Position numbers and translations under genes: made by a program
The notes under the pieces: model-generated
What the model saw: only the letters and a program-made list of their open reading frames with translations
The model's database searches: none
What the model was told of the DNA's origin: nothing
Origin: Cirrosporium novae-zelandiae
Taxonomy: Eukaryota
Reading direction: 5' to 3'
NCBI GenBank assembly: GCA_026023565.1
Contig: JAPETS010000046.1
Span: 124,001 to 187,699 of the forward strand
DNA: 63,699 nt
Shown here: positions 13,400-27,500 of the stretch, one piece after another
How positions within the stretch are numbered: the first letter of the stretch is position 1
Layout: every line of letters starts with the position of its first letter

Positions 13400-16300
13400 A
13401 ATAAATAGTCTTTTTGTCATTTATTCATTCATCCGCTAAAGGGAAGTGAGGGGGGGGTTATAGCGTTATGGTTCTTTCTTCTACAAGGAATCGTCGACTC
13501 CCCCCCTCCCCCCCATAACCAACCAACAAACCTTCCCCTTCCCTCCCAATACCCCAATACCCCAAAAGGATTTATGTGGATGTTAGACCGAGGCTGAGAC
13601 TTGAGGCTGAGGGAACGAGACTAAAAGAACTAAGTGTTTTTTTTTTCTTTCTTTCTTTCTTTCTTTAAAGGGATTGAAGGGGATTGGTGGATTGCGTATG
13701 TATATGTACGTATAGTACGTATCACCTGACCTACATCTACTGTCGTCCATACCATACATATATACAATCTACACAACAAGACAGCATATCCTCATGCACA
13801 CGGGTAGTATATACAAAAAGCCTAAATGTTTTTTTTAAAAAAAAAGAGGGGGATCTGGGGTACAGTACATAATGACTCACAACATACACACACACACACA
13901 CGCTGACCACCGTACCATGGTAGCAGACCCCAAAAAAGAAAAAAAACCAAATCACCGCCCAGTAGAAAGAATTAAATGAATTAAACAGATTTTTTTTTTT
14001 TTTTGTTTTTTTAAATAAACCCCCCATATCCCAAGTTCAAGTTCAAAAGCTTTTCAAGTAAGTAGGCAAATTAGTTTGAAGATGTGGTTTATATGTTAAA
14101 GTAAAAAGGGGGGGGGTTAGATGGAATTGTTTTGTGAGTTGTGGTATGGATGGTTATGGTATGGATGGATTACCTGGAAGGTGGGAAGGTGGGAAGGTGG
14201 GAAGGTGGGAAGGTGGGAAGGTGGGAAGGTGGGAAGGTGGGAAGGTGGGAGGTTGGTTTTTGGCCTATGTAGATGGATGGGATGGGATATGGATTATAGA
14301 AATGGATATGACCTTCCCTCTCCTACCCCTACTCCTACATCTTCTACGTTACTTTACTTTACTTTGCAGTAAGCCAGTATAATATAATATAATGAAAATG
14401 AAAATGAAAATGAATAAATCCTCAGAAAAAAGGGGAGGGTGATGGGACCTGACTGATTAATTTGGGTTTGATATAAGACTTTTGATTTTAGGAGTAATGG
14501 ATGCATGTATAGATGTATATAACGAAGTTGTAAAATATTTTATTTTTGTTTTGCTTGTTTTGTTTGCTTATTATTGTCGTTATTAGAGCTTAGATGGGTA
14601 GATGAATAGAAGAGATGGAAGAGATATTATGGGAATTACAGAAAGAAATTATTTGTTGTTATGGGTTATAGGAGAGAGAGTGTGTGTGGGAGAGTTGGAG
14701 AGTTGGAGAGTGGGAGAGGGAAGTCGGATAGGTAGGGTAGGGTAGATAGGTAGGTAAGGTAATGCTGGATGTGTTTGAATGAATGAATAAATAGATGAAT
14801 AGATGGATGGATGGATGGGCTGGATATGATTGTGGTTTGTGGTTTGTGGTTGTGAGTATAAATGGGGTTGGATATAATAGTAATAAGGATGAGGATGAGG
14901 ATGATGATAATTTCATTTTTATTATTTTGTTCATAGATACATATGTCTGTCGGTTTTGCTCCTTGCGATGGACATGGGATATGATGGATGAAGTGTAAGT
15001 GTAAATGTAAAGGGATGGATATTTCATTCAACTTACTTATTCTTTAAATATATACTACCTAAGTAGAGAAAGATATATATATATATACTTCTCCCGCCCT
15101 CCTTCTCCCTCATCCACTATACACCACCACCCCTTATATAAAAAATCCGCATCTACTGTACTATACCATAAACCCCACTTCCACTTCCTTCTCTTCTACC
15201 CCCTTTTCTCCCATCTCCCCTCCCATAATACATAAACCCCAACCCCAAAAAAAAGAGAAGAAGTATAATATAAAGATCTGATTTCTCATCTTAACTTAAC
15301 CCCTTGATCTTAATTGATCGAGAGAGATGATAGAATACAGTAAAATAAAAAGGGCAAGAAGAGTGAAAAAAAAAAGGGAGGAAAGGGTTGAGGAGATGAT
15401 GGAAGAGATGAGGATGGGGGATAGAGATGGGGATTTCTTTCGGAGTGTTGTTAATTATATAAACCAACTTACCTAACCAACTTCCCTCCCTCATTTCCTT
15501 TCGCTATAAATCCAAAAAAAAAAAAGCAAGCCTTTTTTTTTTTTCCCCTTCCGAATTAGAAATATATAAACATTTCACTTGAATCTAAATCCCCTCCTTT
15601 TTTTCCCTTTTTTTCTCTCCCACCCTCCCTCTCTGGATTGAGAGTCCGAAGAAGAAGAAAAAAAGAAAAAAAAATAAAGAAGAATATATATATCTGGGGT
15701 TGTTAATTATAATGCTGATGATGATGAGATGAGATGGGAAAGCAAATGGAATGAATTAATGGATGTGTTTAGGTTAACTAAACACTATACATGTATATGC
15801 ACTTGGATATTTTTAATTCAATTCCATATAGTTGTCTAGGTACCTAGGTAGTTATTGCTGCTGTATATAGTTCTGTCAGAGTTAGAGTAATAGTTAGAGT
15901 AGAGTAAAAAAGGCAGATGGAGTAAAGTACTATAAATAAGTAAGTAGGTAGATGATTGAGTATGCACTTTTTCTTTTCTTTTCTTTTCTTTCTTTTCTCT
16001 TTCCCCCATTCCTCTCATATATATATACAACCATGACACCATTACATACCACCCATAACACCCATCCCCATCCCCTCCCCCCTCTATATTTTTTTTTAAA
16101 AAAAATCTATACACATACACACACACAGATCCTTCAATAATATATATATATAAGAGGTTAGGTTAATCTTCCTCTTTCCTTTTCTCATTCCCTTTCTTTC
16201 TATCATTCCATTATCCCGATTGCATATTTTGATTATAATCTTACAACACACACACTTAGTCAAGATACTACTTACTTGATTTCTCTAGGTACATATACCT

Positions 16301-18150
16301 AATCCATAGATAGAGGAGTTGGATGGAAGAGGAAGAGGTAGAGAGGGGGAGAGAGAGCTGGAGAGCTGGAGAGGTGTTTGTGTGTGTATGTATATATAGC
16401 CCCAAGGTTACGGGTATAATATAATATAATAAGGATAAGTCATGTTAATTAAATAAATAAGAGCAATGAATAAAAGCAATGAAGCAATAAATGGAAGCCC
16501 ATACTCCAACCCTCCCCCCCTCCTCCTCCTCTACACTTGTCTATATAGATAGCAAAATAAATACATAGCAGATAGATAGATAACAAGATAGTAGATAGTT
16601 ACAATAATTAAATAAGTGACTATGGGACGCATACATAATTAAGAGCTTTTTTTTAAAAAAAAAAAATACCAATGTGATGTTGGGATGCTTTGATTAGATA
16701 ATTAAAAAAATGATAGTCAATATATATATAACTATAGCTATACCTATACCTATTACAGCAAGTAAGATATTTATCCCATCTATCCCATCCATCCATCCTA
16801 CCTATTCCATATATCCCCCCCTTTTATTATTATTTTTTGGTAAGGGGAGGGGGAGAGGGGATATGGATAGGATGTTAGGTGTTATAGTAGATGATGCTCG
16901 GTGATTTTTAAAGGGTTTAAGAACTTAAGAATAATTGGACAATATGTGAGATGTTGGGAAGATTGTTAGATGGTTCAGATGGTTGGTTTAGAGGTGGCTT
17001 GTAGTAATTATTTAAAAGCGGCTAGCCAGCTAGGAGTGTGGTGTGTAAGTTTTGTTGATATTTTGTTTGTTTGTTTGTTAGCTATAAATATCTGGTATTT
17101 TGCTTTTCAGCTGGAATAAAAAAAAGCAAAAAAATAAAAATAAAAATAAAAAAATAAAATAAAATAACCATGATATCATTCTCTCTCTCCTTCCCCCCCC
17201 CTGGCCTCCTCCGCCAACTATCCTCTAATCATCCTCCAATCATCCCTCCAAGTCGTCCACCCCTGTCCCCCAATCACATACCTTAATAACCCCCAACAAA
17301 AAAACCCCAAATTCAAAAATAGAAAAAACCTCCCCCCTTTTTTTCTCTCTCCGTCTATCTATCTATCCGTCTATCAACCTTGCGGTATAACAATTTATAA
17401 ACTTATAAAACTTCTCATCATAGACCGTAATATAAACGCTAATACAAATATAGATATAATCAAGTATATAAATATATCCAAGTACTGCTACACCTTTTGG
17501 CTTTTTAGGAAATCTTAGGATAACGTTCATGAGATTTGGCTGGGATTGGTTTTGATTGTTGTGCGGTTTCTGGGATAATATACATAACATACATACATAC
17601 ATATACGCGCACACGAATGAAGGCATTCGAGTACTAATTATATTGATTAAATGGTAAATGGTGAGTAACAAGTGAATAGGAAGTAGGAGTGAGAAGAAGG
17701 AGGGCGTGGAGGAGGAGGAGGGTGAGTGAGGAGTATATAGGTTACGGCTATGTCTATCGTTTATAAAGCTCCCTTTCTCCCCACCCTTTTTTGGGGTTTT
17801 TACTATCATGGTTGGATTTCCTTCATGTATATATGCTTTGTTATGTTATTAATTATATATTCTTTTAATTTTAAATCTATTTTTATGGAAAATGGCAACT
17901 ACTGCTGATTGCTATTGTTACGATAGAGGTTATGGGTGGATGGATGGATGCGGGAAAGGAAAGAAAATAGGATTAGTCTAGGGCGGTTGGTTTTGACCAA
18001 GTAAGTGTGGGAATTTATGGGGGAATTATGGTGAAAGTATAGTACTATCTATAATGGTACTAATCTTGAGCTTGAGATTGGGTTTGGGTAGGAGTAGGGT
18101 TGGAAGTGGGTTTGAGGTGGCTGTACTGATTATCTTAACAGAGGGTTAGG
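13400..18150. repeat. Large AT-rich microsatellite/low-complexity island
   Basis: Dense (TA)n, (CA)n, (GATG)n, (GGTA)n and poly-A/T/C/G runs; no ORF with protein-like composition. Confidence 0.85.
14176..14250 (+). repeat. (GGAAGGTG)~9 perfect 8-bp tandem repeat
   Basis: Directly visible. Confidence 0.95.
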
Positions 18151-18257
18151 CGTTGAGAATAAAAACAAATATTATTACTAGCAAAGAAATAGCTGCTGCG
18201 GTATCCCATCCCATTCCTACAACATACCAAACGCCACCACCCCCTTACTACTTCAGT

Positions 18258-19453
18258 TCAGTTCCTCTTGGCTGCACCGTCTAAGGTCGACGATACATGT
18301 TCCCATATCTTTTCAGATACCCCCTCTTCCCTATATTTCCTCAGCATATCCACCTGTGCCTTATTGGTTGCATCGGAGCTCAGTAGATAAGCACCGCTTC
18401 CAACCTCACCATTACTCCCCGTGGCAATTTCCGTCTTGCCGACCGCGACGGTCCCCGTATCGCCGTTCTTGGGAGGGAATGCCCCGCTGGTGCTGGCATA
18501 TAGATGTCTCTCTCCGCTCTCTTTGATGCCGATTGTCCACGGCCTTATTAGCTGGTACGCCAGTTCCCCCCCCACCCGTAGCAAGAGCCCGCCATCTCGA
18601 AATGCATTGGTCTTGACTATCCCGGGATGCGCATGTACATAAGAGGTTGATGGGTTGCGCTTGGCTAGTTCTTCAACTATAAAGTTCGTCATCATGACCG
18701 TGTGGGTTACGCAGTTGCGGAGGGAGAAGTGGGTTTTGAGATCGAGGTCCTCGAGGATTAGCTTGCTTGGTGCCTCTGGGTCGAGGACCGAGACTACTCG
18801 TGATAGTTCGGATTGCTGGGCCGCGGCTGTGAGGAGGGGTTGCATGTTCATGGCGAAGCGCATGCGTGCGTAGCAGTGGGCTACCATCTTGCTGTCGAGA
18901 CCTTCCGAAGTTTCTTCAAATGCGCGAGGAGCGTGTTAGTAGGAAGTAAGGGTTTGATGTGGCATGGTGGGGTAGATATACCGTTCCGCCCTTTCATGGT
19001 TAAGAAGCCCGATGTCATGAAGAGCAGATTCAGTTTTGATTCCTTCGTCTTCATCTCTTCGCAGACCTCGTCGACATTCTTGATGAGGCTGATATCTTTC
19101 TTTAGAAACGTTGCCTGTCCGTCCGCGTTGAGCTGCTTGAGCTCGTCGATGATACGGCTTGCTGCGGTTTCATTTCTAGTCTGATTTTAGCATCAAAGGG
19201 CTTGGCTTGGAGGTGCCATGAGGATCCTGACCTCCCGACAAAGTATACCCTAGGTTTCAAGGTCGAGCTGTAGAAGGCTTTCAGTGTACTTTCGCCAATG
19301 CCGCTGGTGCCGCCCACTTGAATGGATATTTTAGCTTGTTCCTGATTGAATTGCTAGATACTATCTTGAGATTATACCGAACAAGGCTACCAAGCCTGAT
19401 GGGAGATTCTTGAGCTTCGAATTTGAAGCTCGGATTGCTTCAATGGAAACCAT
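18258..19453 (-). CDS. Short-chain dehydrogenase/reductase (atypical fungal SDR)
   Basis: ATG at 19453; introns 19317-19377, 19176-19231, 18914-18981. Spliced MVSIEAIRASN...LVALFVGGTSGIGE (Rossmann GxxxGxG)...ETSEGLD...HAHPGIVKT...ESGERHLY. Confidence 0.92.
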
Positions 19454-20337
19454 TTCTGTATAATTAGGGATAGGGATTGATTATAATAATGAGGAGGATA
19501 AACCTCAAAAGTGTATAAGTTCCTTTAATAGATGACGTAGTAGTTAGCTTTGATTCAATATACCAAGTAGACTATCAAAAGACAACGTCAAAGTAACTGT
19601 TAAATATAATTAATTCAAGAAATAGGCAGCAGTTTTCCTTTCATATGTATGGATTCATTGGATTCACTGGATTGGTTGATTGTACTGTTAGTTGCATGGC
19701 ATCTCAATTGACCTCTCATAACTCTATGGATCAGGAAGTAAGAAATCCTTCTAAATTAAAACAAAAGAGAGAAAAACGGAATGGAGGTGGGAGTTCCACC
19801 GACGCTAAACCCTCTGGAGATCGAATGGTTCATCATATGCGGCCGCGGTGCGGGTTTGCAGGTTTGTGGACGAGGTTGGCGTGTCTGGAATGGAGAGGTC
19901 TCTGAAGGTCTCTAAAGGTCTCATATGATTCCGTTTAGGCCAAGTTGTAGCCAGTTGAAGTAGCCAATGTTTTTAAATCTAACAAATACCCAATCAATCC
20001 CTTCAAAGTTGAATTTTAAATTTATCAATTGCATAGCAACCGTGTGTTGACTCGCTGGACTAATGTTGGTCTGTGGAGGGAACAGGGATCTGAATGGCTC
20101 TCGGTCTTCATGTTGCTCAGCCAAGTCTCTTTGTCCTGCATCACCGTAAACAATCATCACTACTTTGTATTGTTTACGGCTTACTGCATCCCCCCACCAC
20201 CATCATTAATCACCTCTCACATTCGATTATAGCCTTTCTGTGAGAGGTGCCATCTTATTACTGTTCATACTTTGAATTCTCTCATTAATTTAATGGATTA
20301 CTCTGGCTTCTGAATTCCTGGCTGAATTGATCAATAC

Positions 20338-22713
20338 ATGCCAGGCAACGACAACGATAACCAAATGGACAAAATGGACAACATGGCAACCAAGCCTCTT
20401 CCTGATCTTCCATATTCTCAGGTAGTAATAATCTCACCTCATCCTCGGTAACTTACTAACTTGCCTTAGGAGAGCTGGACCAAATCACGAAAGAGACATC
20501 ACAGTGATATTTCTACCCTAGCTGGCGGCCAGGAACAAACCCGAGAGAATCTCACCCTCCAAGAAGATGGCTTGTCAGAGGAAATCTCAGCTTATTCTGG
20601 CAATAAAAATCACCCTGGGGCCATGTCCAACATCCCTTCCACTTCAAGCTCCAAACGCTTAAAGGCCTCCCTACCATTAGAAGATATGGACAGCCCTGAC
20701 CTTGATCCCTACCATGACCCTCGATCTTCGAGATTTCAAGAAGGTAGCATGAATGATAGGGTTAGCACAAAGCCACCCAGCATTTATGCTAAAGACTCCT
20801 CCACATTTGATAACTACATGGCAGACGAACAGTTGAAGGCAAACCTCAGAGACATCTTGCATGCGCCGACACGTTCATCCGCCTCGCAAACGACCAACGA
20901 GAGTTTCGCGTCGCGCGGTTCTGGTATCTTTAGACTTGGTAAAGCACTTGCTTCTGCCTTTACTCCCCTTACGAAATGGAAAGCGGACGCGTGGAAGATA
21001 TCTCAGGAGGTGAATCAAGATGTTTTCAATGAACGGCAGGAGAAGGCTGAAAAGGCCTATGCGGAATTGAAAAAGTCGGGATATCTTCCTGCCATGGTCA
21101 AGTCAAAGACATATTGCAATATTGATATGGATACTCCGGCTCCAGCTCGACTCTATACTTATACTACCAATAGCACTCAAACAAGGCCTCCTCGCGATTC
21201 TGGTGTTGATGTCGGCGAGACTGACATAAGCAAGTTGGCCACAATCGATGATATACAATACACAACCGAAGACCAATCGACTGATGACGCCTTCATTAAA
21301 GGTCCAAAAATGTTCGCTGACTGTAATACTCTACGTGCCACACCGTCACTCGCGGGCCTCGGTAGAACCGACAGCCCATCTTCGTCTGAAGTCAACCATG
21401 CGCCAAGAAGGTCGTTTCACTTTCATACTCCCTCCTTACAGAACCTTCGAAAAGTCAAGTCTCGCTTTCAGATTATATCTCGAAAGAGTGAAGCTGAAGA
21501 TTCGCCGTCGCTTGTGCCACAGGTTCAAGACGGAGGGGCCACTAGGAAGACCCTCACAAAAGCCCTCTCAAGCAGAGACCTAAAGCGCCAGGTGAAGCTC
21601 ACCAAAAAGGTTAGTAACCTTGAAGCTAAGCTAGAGGCTGCTCGACGTGAACTTCAGAGTATTGCCGGTGTTTCTGATGAAGCAAATGATGATGTGCCTC
21701 CTCTGCCTCCTCTGCCTGATCAATTCAAACCTATGGGGCGCAAACCTTTTAAGCCTGGTGCTCTCCCCTCTCTCCCATCGGAGAGCTTGCTTGATCAGCA
21801 TCTCAGGGAAGCTGGTGTACAAGATACATTGAAACAAGATGAAGTCCAGGAGGAATCTCAACTATCGGGGAACACGGAACAGCCAAAGGAAGAACCTATA
21901 AAGGAGCTGCTAGCGATAAACCAATCTATCAAAGTCAAGACCGCTCAAGCTATTGAGATATCACCTGTTAAAAGCGAAGTCAAAGTTATTGAAACAGGCA
22001 AGGCGCTCCCAAAGGCTACCGAAGAGCGGATAGACAGCCCCTTTCCAGAAAGAGATTCTTCACTAGAGCCTCCCCTTGAGGTGTCAAGTAAGCCAGCAAG
22101 AAAAACTTTGAAGAAGCGAAAGAGTAGTAGTGGTTTTGATGATGATGTTCGTTACAATCTCCACCGTACTACCGAACACGATGGCAAGACCTTGAACCCT
22201 AAGAAAACCATGACAATTAAGAAAAGAAGGCCGGTCCCCAAGGTCCCCAAGAACAATTCAAATTCTCCAAATGGGAAATCCAAAGATCATCACACTACGA
22301 AATGGCTTAGTTCTTCCGAATCCCATGATGATGTATTCACAGAGACACAAAGCCAACAGCAACCTCGAAAGATCCCAAAGAGAGACGGGGACACCAGCCC
22401 TGGATCCGCTGCTGCTGTTGCAGTACAACAAAAGCAGGTTATATTATCACCCATCAATTCCAACTATAATCACGTCCCTCACCAATCACGTGTTGTATCT
22501 CCATGCAATGCACACTACCCTAAAATGCGGGCAGATCACGATGAGTATACAGTCTCACCCTTGAAGGATCATAATGTCCCACCCATGCCTGCGATTCCGG
22601 AGGAGTTGAAGGCAAACATGAGTCCTGTTAGGGCGCAGCCTAAGTTTGAAATCCAGACGAGGAAGCCAGTGGTGGTCGATCCGGATTTCGAGTGGCCAGA
22701 TGATGTGTTTTGA
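20338..22713 (+). CDS. Conserved fungal hypothetical protein, largely disordered, with a coiled coil
   Basis: ATG 20338, intron 20422-20469 (GTAGTA...CTAAC...TAG) joins in frame to the 713-aa ORF. Recognisable blocks: SRFQEGSMNDR, KAEKAYAELKKSG, KLTKKVSNLEAKLEAARREL, terminal FEWPDDVF. Confidence 0.85.
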
Positions 22714-24502
22714 AATTGGTGCAGTCAGCCATCGATCACCGACGTACACAAGTGGAGTTGAACTCTGCAGCTTGAAATGCTGTCCTCGTGCTAACGATTG
22801 AAAGAACTATCTTTACTCTATTGATGAGAGAAAGTGAGGTACATGGAATTGTGCAGCAAGAAAGACGAGGTCAACCTCGCCCGTGCCTTTGGTATCCGAT
22901 AGGCACACACATTCTTTTTTCTGCTGTACAACGTCAGCTAGGTAAGTAATCACGACGATCACGAGACCAAGATACCCATATTTGCATTGCGCTGGTTACG
23001 TTGCATTTGATTTCTTTTGTTATTTCTTTTTGAATGCTAGAAGTGAATAAGATTGACATTGTGTTATCACGAACGATGGGGATTGAATGGAAATGGAAAC
23101 GGTCACGGAATGGAACATGGAAAGCATGGCTTTTGTGATGTATGTAATTATTGGAATGGAATGGAATTCCCAAGACATGGATATGAGATACGGGATATGC
23201 ATTATTACTGATTGGGTAGCATGAAGTAGTATGGATAACATGGATTGCAAGAAAATTGAATTCTGGCAATTGATATTTACTAGTAGGTGCTTACTCGCTT
23301 GCTTTATTGGGTTCAAATTACTATGCTGCACTTTGAGTTGGTTCTTGATAATATGTCTATTCCCTCATTCGTGCATTTGTCAGTAGTTGGAAGAAACCTA
23401 ACATAGGTGGGTGGAAGAGGCGTAGACAGAGAAGACATGCATAATTAACCGCCTCAAATTTTATTAACAAACAAGAAAGCAAAAAAATATACTGGCCAGC
23501 TATAATCGTACGATATTCCAGCCCAACCGTAACCACTATACCCTAGTTACCCATCAACTATATGCTCACTTTAATAACACAATATAACACTCACAACGTA
23601 ATATCTTCTATCTACGACAGTTTTGTTGCTACGCTTAGGATATAGCTTTTATATCTAGAATCTAAGGTGTGAGCTTAGCTATCCATAGATAGGGGTCATG
23701 TAACCTAGATCACGTGTATGTGGCTTGGCATCCATAACAACTCCATCCAGGTAATTGGCTCAAGAGCACACAACCACTTGTTTTCTGACAAGAATTAGAT
23801 GTACATTTCACATGGCATTTATATGCGTGTTCGGCACAAGGCTAGATATTATTAAAGCCATACTGCCCACAATCTCCGGGATCTTTTTCCCTCCACTTTT
23901 GTATATCTACATAATACGTGTCGACTTGTTAACCTTGTGTTGTGATAGCTATGCCGCTTTAATCGTTCTTGGACTATGAATCTTTCTTACACAAATTTCT
24001 AAGGCAACATTGGGGATTAACTGCACTGAACCAGTCTGCATTGTTGAAGTGAATATCATCCTGCTACCTACCAGCTTTGTCTAGTGTAGCCTATTCATAA
24101 CGCTCCTTTAAGCTAGTCTCCTTCAGCCTTTTCAGAATCATATGCTTTGTTTGTTCCCCTGTTGAACGATGGGACGAGCACTTGCAGTGCCAACATTGTT
24201 TTCCGCACTAGAGCTGTTCGTATCTATGATGAGGCTGAAGGATTTCCCCTCCATCAAATTGAAGGGTATAACATTCCCTGCGGTTATTATCACAATAATC
24301 CGAATAATGTGCTCTGTTCAGACTATATTCTAGCATGAAATCGGGTATATAAGACTCTTGAATTACCTCAAGGAATAACCATACAAGTCAACGCTGCCTA
24401 TCCCCCTGCTTCGGATTCCCCCTACATCCCTGAACTTTAGCACTTGCTATAAGTATTCACTATCACTTTTACTCCTTTATTTCTTCACTTGATTGAACCG
24501 CA

Positions 24503-27500
24503 ATATCAAACTTTAAAGCATTAGGTGTCGTGCTACAAGCCTTTCCTACGCTAAGACCGATTCTCAAACAGAATGAGGAGGAATATCTTGAGCTATCAAG
24601 GGCCCTTTTTGCCGAGCAAATAGCCTTCTATAGTATTATTGAATGCTTGCTTCGGTCCATTGACCAACCTGAGTCAAAAATTGGCCGACTTCTAGAAGGT
24701 GAAGGGTGGGACGATGGAGACCTCCACGAAGCGCTGGCAGTTGTGTTGACCTCTAAAACTTCTATGGAGACTTTTAAAGAAGCGGAAACAATGCTCCAAG
24801 GTTCGTTACGCATGAATATACTTGTAAGTCATTTATATCTCGATATATTCTTCCACAAGACTAATTCTATTATTTATACTAGATACCAGAACTAATCCTA
24901 GGAGATTACGAACAAAACCTTCGAAAATTCTTAGATATCATCAAAAACTGAAACTACATGCTCAGAGGACTTGTTTTTGATCGCCGCTATTTGAAAATTT
25001 GGCCTGCGCTTAATGTTGGTGAAGTTCACCAAAATGCGACAGGTCTTTTTGACAATCTAATCGATAGATTCTCTTCATGTTACCCTAGACATAGTGTTTT
25101 CTTTCAATTGGAATTACGGCCTCGAAATAGATCCTGGCTAGCTTCTGGAGAATTCGCATCTTCACCGCCTCCTTCATGCTTCCGACTACTTTTTATATGC
25201 CATAGCGCCGTTTATCCTAATGCTGGAGAATTAAAACTTAGAGTACAAGATGCGGTAGTTACGAAACTAGAAATTTTGGAGCCCGCGCAACAGCCCCCCA
25301 GGCTCTTGGGTCCTATCGGTGCAAAAAAGAAATCCATTACCGCTACGAGCGAACCCGAAACAACTTCGTCAGATGAACATTCACAAATTCATCACATTCA
25401 GAATTTAAGTCAATTCTTGGAGGATATTGGAACCCAGGATACCTCTGCACCAGGCTTAGTTGATGGTCCTCAGGTAAAATATCAGATATCTGTTGAACGT
25501 TCTTTGATACCTGAGGAGCAAGGTTTCTGTGTTTCTCTTGGGGACATATTGACGTCAAGTATAGCAAAATATCAATTCAACCGATCTCGCCGCCTCTATG
25601 TGGGTGCAATTATCACGTCTAGTGTGATACAATTATGTGGAACCCCATGGCTGAAGCAAGATTGCCTAAAAGCGGATGAAATCTACTTCAGACAAGAGGG
25701 TGATCAAATCCAATTTAAGAAGCCATATCTATTTCAAGAGATGAAGCCTTCTCGTACTAATGTTTTCTTTGGATCCTTTGTAGATCGGTCTTCAGATTGG
25801 CTTAGGATTAATTGCGACACTGCCAACAAGCTTATTTTCGCGCTTGGGATTCTTCTAATTGAGTTATGGACGGGGGAAATGTTCCCTAGTCTTCATCGAA
25901 ACGATGAATGGAACAATTATGACAGCCTCAAAGATGACCCTGACGGAGTTAGTCGACAAATCGCTCTTTCTAAAGCCGACATACTGGAAAAAGAATCCGG
26001 CTTCGATTACGCCAACATGATCAGAAAATGCGTTGCACCCCTTTTGGATTTCAAAAGGCTTGAAAAGAATGCAATATCTTTCCAGGAAACCGTATACACT
26101 GAAGTTCTATGTCCACTACAAAGATACCTCTCTACTTTTCTAGATAGCACACAGGGAGTTAAGGATAAGGAACCGCCCCTAAAGCAATCGGCAATTTCTG
26201 GAAATTCTTCTGCAATAGTAGCAGACAATGTTCTAGAAATATTTTTTGATCTCATCATTCAAGAAAACTGTCTTGGACGTCTTTTCAAAGAAGCGTTCGA
26301 GATGAAAGAAGGCCCAGAGCGATTCAAGGCCAATATTCTATCCTTGCTGAATTATTATATCAAGGGACTCAGACCCTATGTTCGAGGCGAAGTAGAAATG
26401 GAAATTATAAGAGTGATTTTCAATGGCATAGATCTAGTGGCACAAAGGCTTCATAATTTCTATGGCAAGGTCGCCCCAGAAGAGAGAACACAACAAGATC
26501 AAGAAAAGGATCTCATAGAGGAAGGAGGTGTTATGCCATTGTGTGGATATAACCACCACAGTGAGGAAGATCAAACGAGCCCTGAGCCCTTGAAACTGTC
26601 TATCTGCTAGCTTGAAGATGTCCTGATCTGTCGACCTCCGTTTATCGACCTTCGACTTGGCCTACGCAAACTTGTGGCCCATAAACCAATGGAAGCTATT
26701 AAATACGAAATACTCTGCGGGTATCATAAATTTTCACCCAGGAAATATACTGCAAAATTCGAAATCGCTAGTGAAATCGGGGCATACATCAATAAAGAGC
26801 TTGATGAAAGCCAGAATCTAAGTTCAGTATTGACAATTTCCGGCAATGCACGAAATGCATATGCGACGACGTACGCTCAGTATGCGGCTTGGCAATGGCC
26901 CAACATTGATATCAAGTTGATTACAAGTCTGGGAGCTACGATGAAAGATCGTAAGAATCATTGTAAGAGTTTAGAGAAAATTAATGGAATCTTAAACCTA
27001 ATATATCACAGGTCTCAAATTAAATTCCCAAATTATCAATATTTCACCCAGCGGGAATGGTTATATACTAAATACAGAAGGGGATTTAAATTCACTAACT
27101 GAAATTGCCCAAGAGATTGTATGGCTCTCGACTGCCTGTCGACCCCCCAGCTCGGGTAAACTCGGCTTATCGAAGTTCAGGTTCATAAATATGGAACCTA
27201 GGACTTTCTCGCTAGACCTTCGCGACCTGGAGGATGTGAAGCTCACACGTGAAAACCTATGCTGGAATACACTCTTCAAAGGCACTGTTATTGCAGAGGG
27301 CTTTCCTATTCCTCAACGCAATGGACAAGTCGTCGGTATAGAGCTACCCTTTCAAATGATGGTGAACCTTTCCCGGATATCTTACGCTGCTATTTACGAC
27401 AACAAAGTTGTTTTAAGCGGGTTTTCGACTATGCTCTTCCCAACCGCCATCGAACCAATACCTGGCGAACAAGACTCTGTACAGTAGCATTTCATTAAGG

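Noticed and set aside
7815..14250. Tandem repeats as a CRISPR array or telomeric repeats
   Set aside because: Units are contiguous with no spacers, the context is eukaryotic, and no TTAGGG array is present.
13400..18150. Many 60-150 aa ORFs (e.g. GRWEGGKV repeats, 17363-17809)
   Set aside because: They are translations of microsatellites and homopolymer runs, with no protein-like composition.
1..19453. TF + MFS + SDR as a secondary-metabolite cluster
   Set aside because: No PKS, NRPS or terpene backbone gene in the window, the MFS is a pseudogene, and the SDR lies over 15 kb away beyond veA.
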